64,000 bases of DNA, taken from Eledone cirrhosa (Eukaryota). The stretch lies in contig OZ024741.1 of the NCBI GenBank assembly GCA_964016885.1, forward strand, positions 156,054,001 to 156,118,000. The letters run 5' to 3'. Positions within the stretch are counted from its first letter, which is position 1. Every line of letters starts with the position of its first letter. The position numbers and the translations under genes were made by a program. Below the pieces are notes generated by a model. That model made no database searches and was not told the origin of the DNA. It was given only the letters and a program-made list of their open reading frames with translations. Shown one piece after another: positions 54,801 through 64,000 of the stretch.

Positions 54801-55122
54801 GTGATCTATACAGAGAATGTCTACTAACTGTCTGTATGTATGGCTGTCTGTCTGACTCCCTCACATTCGAGAACCACCCAACCGATTGTTTTCAAACTTT
54901 GCACATATAATATGTATGGTCCTGTGAGTATTTTGAGCAAAAAAATGTTCAATGCCCTAGGGACCGCATTAGGCGATTTAGCGATCTCTCTCTATAATTC
55001 GTAGTCTTTCTTTTTACATAGATACATAGATATAACGTTGCGCCCTTATAATATCTGTCTGTCTGCATTACGACATTATGACGCTATATGTGTGTGTGTG
55101 TGTGTGTGTATAAGTATATATA

Positions 55123-55155
<33 letters not shown>

Positions 55156-55374
55156 GTGTGTGTAACGTTTTTCGAAATATTTACTTATGCGTTCAGATTG
55201 ATTTTTTTAGTTTCAGAAGATTCTGTTAAAGGTGAAAGCAGCGATTCTTTGCTTAAACTTTAATCTGTTATTTTCATATATATATATATTCCTTTTCGAT
55301 CGACTTTCGTCAAATCGGACCGAGGAAACAATGTTTTTGTTGGTCTTTCCAATTGCGAATACTATCTATCGGTC

Positions 55375-55500
55375 GCAACTCCAGGAGCAATGGGAAATAA
55401 AGTGTCTTGCTCAAGGACATAACGCATCGCCCAGTCCAGAAATCGAACCGACAACCTCACGATTGCGAATCCAGTTCTCTAACCAATCAGCCACACGCCT
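55375..55500 (-). mobile_element. tRNA-derived SINE head fragment
   Basis: Reverse complement reads tggctgattggttag (A box) ... ggttcgatttc (B box) ... tgtccttgagcaagacacttta. Confidence 0.7.
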
Positions 55501-55852
55501 TCATATATATATATATATAATTATATATTCGTGTACAGATATTTTTGCATACAAAATATAAACAAACGTATTTATTTCACGAGGATCGATAATGATAAAT
55601 GTATATCAAATATATAAGAACCCTAGAGCAAATCCTGAGCAACGCCGAGCCATTCTACAAGTATATATATATTTATATTCAGGTAGACGCGCTTCATCAT
55701 CCACTTTTATAAAAGTTAAATCATACACAAAACGCCAGCCTCAACAGTTTTGCAAGGGATGTCAACATGAATGGACCTGTTATTTTAATATAAAGACATT
55801 TTTTCCACATCCATCCCGTCCGTCCCCTCAACCTATCTTATTTCTCATTCTT

Positions 55853-55888
55853 TCTTCTGATGAAGGACTAGCGTCCGAAACGTGAAGA
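55853..55888 (+). ncRNA. Minimal hammerhead, probably inactivated (GUG at the cleavage triplet)
   Basis: tctt-CTGATGA-a-ggac tagc gtcc-GAAA-cgtg-aaga. Confidence 0.6.
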
Positions 55889-55983
55889 CCCTCTTCCTGC
55901 TATATCAAGCGTTAACCTAATATATACCTTCCATATACTGCACTGATTGTGTTGTTATTTCTGTTTACCTTTTACATACATAC

Positions 55984-56020
<37 letters not shown>

Positions 56021-56172
56021 CGCAACATAAGTCAATTGCATGAACTCATAATCCTTTATTTACTGCTATATATATATATAGCCATTGAATGGCTATGACC
56101 TCATCAGGCAGTTAGTCAGTTCTTAGATATGCCAGCTCTGTGTTTATGGTGTTGATGGTATCAGAGCCTTGG

Positions 56173-56211
<39 letters not shown>

Positions 56212-56297
56212 CGAAGGAGTTGTGGTAAGGAACCAGATGGACCATAACGCACCAGAGTACTCAATACCTAAGGTAGTAGAGTGGGTAATAGGAAAAT

Positions 56298-56406
56298 GTA
56301 TGACGCCCGACGACAGAGCTCAAGCCGTTTCGACGGCTATTTCTGGACTGAAATAGCCGTCGAAATAGCCGTCGTAACGGCTTGAGCTCTGCCGTCGGCG
56401 TCATAC
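56298..56406. repeat. GC-rich ~110 bp hairpin / palindrome
   Basis: gtatgacgcc(c)gacgacagagctcaagccgtttcgacggctatttc pairs with gaaatagccgtcgtaacggcttgagctctgccgtcggcgtcatac. Confidence 0.85.
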
Positions 56407-56763
56407 TTTATATATATATATATATATATGGAGGTGAAAGCCTGTCTGAGTATGAACGTGTGTGTGAATGGGTGCTGTGTGGAGAGCTTAAAGTATCGTA
56501 TCAAAATATTGATTTCCATAAATGGTGAGCATTCATAGCTTGAATGAAATGCAACAATAAAACATAGAAGTAGATTTTATTTCAGGTTTTAAAATTTTAT
56601 ATACCATGAAAAAAAAAGTATATTTGAAGTTTTTTGCAATTATGCATATAAATATACAAAGAGGGGTTTCTCTCTCCCTGCTCCCTCTCCCTCCCCCTCT
56701 CTATTTCCCTTCTCTCCCCCTCTCTCTCAATATATATATGTATATATATATATATGTATATAC

Positions 56764-57372
56764 ATGGTGGCTGCCAACTCGTTTTCGAGTACGGCTACTA
56801 CTTTATATCCATGTAGGAGAACCAATACCGATGCGCTGAACGAGTGTGACTTTTTAGTCCAGCCAGCGACTTGAAAACTCTGGTACAAACACTACACTTG
56901 TGACAATTATTGACATATAGTGCTGGGCCCATGGTACCATGTAACGACAAGTGCAGAGAGATCTCCAGATATAAAGCAATACCTGTGCCGTGAAGCTTTT
57001 ATAGTGAGAAAATGCACTGCACAAAGCCAGTCCCACTCTCTTAACCAAGATGATATTTACCAAAAAGAAGAACATGACAACATCATTGGATACCATCAGA
57101 GTTGCAGGTGTTATATCAGAGTTTTCCTTCTCCTAGAATTCTGCCTTGACAAAGGCTAAGGCGTCATCTCTCCCGGTGATTTTGGATGGCCATTGATTCT
57201 TAAGAGCTCCTTTGCCCTTTGACAGGTTTTGTTTTTAGTCCTGCAGGATGTCCAAAGTCACCCTCCTCACCGAGAAACCTTGGTGGGGTTGCCAGTTTAG
57301 TCGCCAACGACCAGACCATGAGACAGGTTGTACTGAGATACATGTTCACAGTAGCACCAACTGGTGACCTGA
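56764..57372 (-). mobile_element. RTE-headed non-coding repeat, copy 2
   Basis: Colinear with 9459-10040, with ~30 extra nt at ~57149-57178. Confidence 0.75.
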
Positions 57373-58099
57373 AATATATACATACATATATACATACACA
57401 CATACTTATACACACACACACACACATATATGTAAATATATATATATATCAAACAATCTAAAGCAGGTAAACATTACTTTAAACAAATTATCTTGTGTTC
57501 CTCGACAATATCACACACACATATGTTTATGTATATACATATATATATATATATACTTCTTGCCTCCTTAACCACCTCTTCTACGGCCTCGATATAAATA
57601 CCCCCTCCGCCTCCGTGGTATTTTTTTCAGGGTTATAGGGGGCTTAGCTCTGTTTCTTGACCGTCGTATCACGTGATTGACTCCCCCTCCGCCTTTTGGG
57701 ATTCTATCTCACATCTTATAGACGTGTTCTTTGAAGCTAGTAAAATGAGGTATCCTCTTAATAAGTCCGCAGACCTCACAAAGGCTCTATATCTTTATGA
57801 TGTATTGTTTTTAATTATGCCACGAAACTACGTAGTCGAGGAATCTAGAAGCAGTTTATGTATGATACATCTTATTACTAATTATATCTAAATGTTTCTT
57901 CTCTCTTCATAATGTACTTTTAGCTCTGATACTGGTTCAGTCTAATCCATTCGGATTGGTTTGTCCCAGTTATTCATAGAGCAACATCGGTTAAGGTTGG
58001 CACCATTAACTCAAGGATGGATGTGGATATATTCATGTATATGTATGTGTCCGCATGTATCTGTGTTTCTCAATATATTATATATATATATATATATAT

Positions 58100-59243
58100 A
58101 CACAGTTCAAGAGTAACCAATCTTAAAGAGAGAGATTGAGATAGTAGAGGAGATATGATAGGAAAGATTGGTGATTTAGTTAGAAGCCAAAGCGTAAAGG
58201 CATGTGCTCAATGTTCAATATGTAGTAGAAAGCAGCTAGGTGGCTGGGTTCATGCAGAGGTTAGGTGCGCAGTTGAGACTGCTTCGAATACCAGCTCTTA
58301 TATCGGGTCTACCTCTAACCATTTTAAGGTACGCTATAACGCGCACTCTTTTTCCTTCCGAAACCCTAGCAACAGATGTTTGACATCGCTAACTAGGCTC
58401 ATTAAAAAGCTTAAATTAAACAAAGTTCAACACTCACTAAAATGGGATATCGTAACTAGGGCCCAACCGTTCAATGGACGAAGGAAATCTTGTGATCTCT
58501 GTGTTACGGAAGCATATTACATAACTCTATCACGACCTCTACCAATTAACGATAGAACGGAGGTAACCATTAGCTGTCAACATCGAAGGGCTAATTCCTT
58601 CGCCAATAGAGTTTTTGACCCAACTTAGTCATGTAGCCCCATCTCTAATTGTAGCTAATAACTTAAATTGCTATGAACAACTCGATAATTATAAGTTACC
58701 TCCCCTACATTGTCTCTCAATTAAATAATTTAAATACTAGCACATAACTATAAAATACACACAATCTCTAATCTCTCGAGAAGTTACTTCCCCTGAAACC
58801 ACCCTCTAACTAGTAAGGTAAATATGTCTTTTGGCAGCCATCTTGTTACCCATAGGCAGATCTCACACAATGCAGCCTCGACAGATGAGTACTGCTTCAT
58901 TATGGCTGACAGCTGATGCAACCAAGGCACCATAGTAAAAACCAATATATGGAACATTATATTATGTAACATTATTTTAATTTATATTCCTTTGAGTTCC
59001 GATGAGCGACTCGGTTTTTTTAAATATGTTAATTATTTTCAACTGAACCAGATCAATTATGATATATAGTCATCTGATCCAGAAATATTATACGGAGTAG
59101 CGAAACAATTGTAAACGGGCATTATTATTATTAATATTATTATTATTATTATTCTCTACATTCCTTACATCAAACTAAATATGTTGACAATCTTTTAATA
59201 ATGTCTTCCTTGTGAAATTTGTGGTCTTGTTTTGCTTAACTAA

Positions 59244-59250
<7 letters not shown>
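58100..59250 (+). mobile_element. Penelope-like fragment (GIY-YIG C-terminus + 3' region) preceded by an inverted terminal piece; contains the uninterrupted (ATT)n site
   Basis: The ORF 58155-58628 from ~58263 reads SYIGSTSNHFKVRYNAH...WDIV...CDLCVTE...CQHR. (ATT)n at 59121-59153. Confidence 0.85.
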
Positions 59251-59303
<53 letters not shown>

Positions 59304-59506
59304 GGTTAGGTTTTTATACAACATGAAAAATAACCGAGGTGTCCTACACGTGGAAAGTATAAAGAAAAAAAGATGAAATCGAAAATGCAACTGGAGTCTT
59401 ATTTTTTTTTTAAATATATATATTTATTTTGTTCCTTTACCGGTTTCGCAGTTCTTCTGCTTTTCAAAAGTAGAGTTGAGATGGAGGGTCTGTGGTTTTT
59501 CTCACG

Positions 59507-59633
<127 letters not shown>

Positions 59634-60896
59634 ATAATTCAAGAAATAAGAGTAACATGGTTGGCTGTACAATAAGGGCTATACTCACAGTGCTGACAAT
59701 TGTTCCGTTGATCTGGTCGGTCTAGAGCTCGCTAATCGCTTGGTGTTGCGTCAATCGATCTCCATACTTTGATTACAACCAGTCAATACATCAGAGTACG
59801 TGGATATGAGGAGGATACGCAAGGCATGGCTTTTATAGGAGAGTGGTATTAGACCAGAACAATAACATCAGTAACAAACTAACTAAATAGTGAATAATTA
59901 AAACAATAACATCATTACAAGTAAGAAATAGTGATAAAACAAGCATGGTAAACAAACAGATATGATGCAGCTGTATTAAGTGACATGCCAAATCTACCAT
60001 AGGGTACATTAGAGGTAGTAGTGAAGGGATGAGTTAGACGAAGGGATAAATAATAAAATGTACTTAGAGTCAGGTTTTGGAATCTACACTTTAAGTGCAA
60101 TTATGAGAGATTTAGATAGAAGTGAGTTGTGGGACTGACACCCTACCAACAAGAAAACGGAGATTGATTTATGGTTTGACTTAGTGAGATTGATGGAAGG
60201 AGTGTATAGAGATTTATGGTTTATTGGTAGCTGGTATTAAGTGAAATTGTGGATTCAGTATGTTTTTCTAAATTTTGGGATTGCTATTTCAAATCATGAG
60301 GGTTTAGTTTTCGCAACATCAATAACAAAATAGTGTATAATTAAGACAATAACATCAACAATAAAACATGCATTGTAAACAGATAGAGAACATGATGAAT
60401 AAATTTAGGGGTAGGGTGCATTGAGATGATAATAATAATAAGAAGAAGAGGTTCAAAGGAGTGTAAGAGTAATAAGATAATATACTTAGAATTAAGTTCA
60501 TCTGTTAGAGATCATGGGTGCTAATATGAGATATGTAGATATAATTGTGCGGTTCGAAAGAATAAACAACAGCAAAGACGAGATTGATTTATGGGCCGAC
60601 AAGATAATTGGTAAATGTTTGTAGACATTGCGTCCTATCTTGGTGGTATAGATGTAGGGAGGTTGGAAGGTGTTTATAAAAGTTTATGTTTCCGAGATAG
60701 GACGGAAATGTCTACAAACATTTACCAATTGTCTTGTCGAAATACCAACGATAATCAGCAGACTACTGAAGAGGACATTTTACCCCTTGTCTATTTTTAT
60801 TCATATGTTCATGTTCGCGACAACGCAGCACGCCATTCTTCATTCACATTTATATATATATATACATATATATATATAACCTATATATAAATATAA

Positions 60897-62168
60897 ACAT
60901 AATAAGGTTATGTTTCCGAGGCAATCCAAATTGAATCGACATGGGAACGGATGAAATGTGTGCTTTTGGGTTTCTCACCCGTTCCCCTGTGAGTACCAAT
61001 TCACCCCCACCGGTCTGCGCGTGCGCATGTCCGAAGGGAGTTGACCATTAGCTACCGCAGATTTCAACGAAATTCACTTAGTCAGTTCACCCTCTCAGTC
61101 ACACAATGGCCCATACCATAGTTTACTGCTACCCATCTCGACTGTGGTAGTCAGTCGAAAGCCAGAGGGGGTGGGAGAGTGTTAGTTTTTACAGGTCATA
61201 ATACTACCTCTCACCTAGCGTGGACAGTACGACTGACGATCAACTCAAAGGGAAAATAAATTTAATTCTAGGTATCATGGTTTTACATTGTAAGTTAAGA
61301 GTGAGAGTTGGAAACAAAAATTAAAGTCCTAAATCAAGTATCAGAAATTATAAATTAAACAATTAAAAAATTAACAATTAGAAATTAAAAGTTAGAAATT
61401 TTTTCAAGTGAGAATTCGGATTGAAGTGAGTAAAAAAAATATAGATTGAAGTGAGTAAATAATATGGAGAGAGATGTTTAAGTAAGAAGTTCTGAGAGGG
61501 GTTCTAGTGTCACAGTTACTCTATCCACATATTGAACGACAGTGCCGTACATTAGAACGGAGGGTAAGCTACAGCATTCAAGGCATTAGTCAATCTGGTA
61601 CACAGTCATAATTTCCATCACATGGAACAATACCAAAGAAAAACAGACATAGAAGAAGAAATGCAAGAACACAGAGTACATATATGCAAAATGATCCATA
61701 TGATTGTCAATTTATAATTTCTGATACTTGATTTAGGACTTTAATTTTTGTTTCCAACTCTCACTCTTAACTTACAATGTAAAACCATGATACCTAGAAT
61801 TAAGTTTATTTTCCCTTTGAGTTGATGGTCAGTCGTACTGTCTACGCTAGGTGAGAGGTAGTATTATGACCTGTAAAAACTAACACTCTCCCATCCCCTC
61901 TGGCTTTTGACTGACTACCACAGTCGAGATGGGTAGCAGTAAACTATGGTACGGGCCATTGTGTGACTAAGAGGGTGAAGTGACTAAGCGAATTTCGTTG
62001 AAATCTGCGGTAGCTAATGGTCAACTTCCTTCGGACATGCGCACGCGCAGACCGGTGGGGGTGAATTGGTACTCACAGGGGAACGGGTGAGAAACCCAAA
62101 AGCACGCATTTCATCCGTTCCCATGTCGATTCAATTTGGATTGCCTCGGAAACATAACCTTATTATGT
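60897..62168. repeat. Long inverted repeat, ~460 bp arms (60897-61356 / 61709-62168), ~350 bp spacer
   Basis: The arms are near-perfect reverse complements (acataataaggttatgtttccgagg... / ...cctcggaaacataaccttattatgt). Confidence 0.92.
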
Positions 62169-62173
62169 AACAA

Positions 62174-62247
62174 GCTGTCTGATGATGTCACGACACTCGC
62201 ACACAGAACAGTGTGGCCAGTGTCGCTATTGAAATATATATCACAGC
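62174..62247 (+). ncRNA. Hammerhead ribozyme with extended stem II
   Basis: gctgt-CTGATGA-tgtca cgacact cg cacac agaaca gtgtg gcc agtgtcg ctatt-GAAA-tatatatc-acagc. Confidence 0.65.
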
Positions 62248-62418
62248 ATTATTATTAAAGGACTTGAACATCTGAAACTACTTCGCTTTTCCTTATTCGA
62301 TATTTACTCCGTCACTCCTATGTGGGAAAAGTACGTTGAGTGCTTGAATTGAATTGCATCAATATTTACCCTAATAATATAAATATAAACATATATATAT
62401 ACCTACATATATATACCT

Positions 62419-62495
<77 letters not shown>

Positions 62496-62789
62496 TTCAT
62501 GCTCAGACGCATACATAAAATTATTTATTATTTTCTCGAAAATAAAACTGCAGGATATATAGAGTTTATTCATAAAAAATATATATATTTGAAAATAAAT
62601 GAGACATGAACAGAGATAGGATGATAGAAAGAGGAGGAGTGCGATGGTGCCTGAAAAATTACGTCTATATATTAAGAAGTAGGGGCATACTTGTTTCAAT
62701 TCAAATATTTCAATAAGTTTGATATCCATGTCACACAAGTATTTTGAGTGACGTAATATAGTAAAACTTGTCCCGTTCGTATATATATG

Positions 62790-62862
<73 letters not shown>

Positions 62863-62944
62863 CGAAGGAAATGTGGTAAGGAACCAGGTGGACCATAACG
62901 CACCAAAGTACTCAATACTTAGGGTAGTAGGGGTCTTACTTGTT

Positions 62945-63033
<89 letters not shown>

Positions 63034-63392
63034 GTGATGTTTTTTTACAAAATGAAAATAACCGTGGTGTCCTACACGAATGAAAGTATAAGGAAAAATA
63101 GTTGAAATCGAAAATGCAACTGGAGTCTTATTTTTTAAAATATATGTGTGTGTTATGTGTGTGTGAGGATATACATGTGTATATATTTACATTTCTATAT
63201 AACGATTCACTTTCATTCTTTTAGAATTGTAGTAAGTGACACCGCAAAATGTAAAAACATATATTCTACACCAGCACATATTAAAATGGAATACTTAAAA
63301 GCTACCTATTCTGAAACCGGTTAGGAAAACATTCGAATAGATAATCAAGAGACCTTTTCAAAGACCACTTATATGGACGTTCATAAACATGA

Positions 63393-63453
<61 letters not shown>

Positions 63454-64000
63454 TAAATCTACCAAAATATACGGTAGTGTCCAATCCGTATGAAGAACTC
63501 AATATAATCCAAATATCATGAAAAGAGAAGATGTATTCAAAATTTTTTCGATGAAAACCACAGGAAAACAGAGTCAAGATAAATTAATAAAAACAATGAA
63601 TACAAACAAAGAAACAGTTCCTTATATTAAAAAGTTCATCATTTTACGGTCGTTTCTAGGATATATATGTGTGTGTTGGTATGTATATCATATAGATCTA
63701 TGTAAAAATATTACAAACTATCAGAGAGAATATACATACCTACACATATATATGCTGTCTTCAGAAATAATTATATTTGTTTATTGAAAAAAACCAACAA
63801 AGATTTAAAATAATAGGTCTGTTTGGGTACAAGTTTTGAATTGACCAATAGAAAAGTAGTAAGTGGTCAAGTTGATAGAATAGTAGTAGTAGAAATTACA
63901 ACAAAATATAAGTGCCTACCATGCATATAAATGTAAAAAAAACATGAATATACCACCAACACATCAAACTAACCATAATACTAAAATAAACCGCAGCAAA

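Noticed and set aside
58155-58628. 157-aa ORF as a stand-alone nuclease gene
   Set aside because: It is a chance fusion of an inverted non-coding terminus with a Penelope GIY-YIG fragment.
59436-59470. Minus-strand hammerhead-like motif
   Set aside because: The core reads TTGAAAA, two changes from CTGAAGA, so at best it is a dead relic.

Overview
Eukaryotic, AT-rich, microsatellite-dense DNA with no recognisable host gene. The repeat content suggests a cephalopod such as Octopus; this is inference only. The window consists almost entirely of nested retroelements. Its centrepiece is a ~23 kb head-to-tail array of four near-identical Tx1/L1-clade LINEs (10401-33754, minus strand). Two copies have both ORFs intact, and all three internal junctions fall at the same nucleotide of the element's 5' UTR. 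The array and a 5'-truncated Dong/R4-type restriction-like-endonuclease (RLE) LINE sit together in an (AAT)n microsatellite that splits a Penelope-like element. An uninterrupted copy of that element at 58-59 kb shows the empty site. The same Tx1|(ATT)n|R4 head-to-head arrangement recurs at 47.6 kb, where the Tx1 copy has the same ORF2 but a different 5' UTR/ORF1. Both Tx1 variants conserve a 53-nt GT(AAGT)...CAG segment over the ORF1 stop and ORF2 start whose removal would fuse ORF1 and ORF2 in frame. Also present: a decayed RTE-clade LINE, several Penelope-like remnants with inversions and minimal hammerhead ribozymes, tRNA-derived SINEs, Helitron-like non-autonomous repeats and large inverted repeats. 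All analysis was done by eye, so boundaries of degraded elements are approximate.
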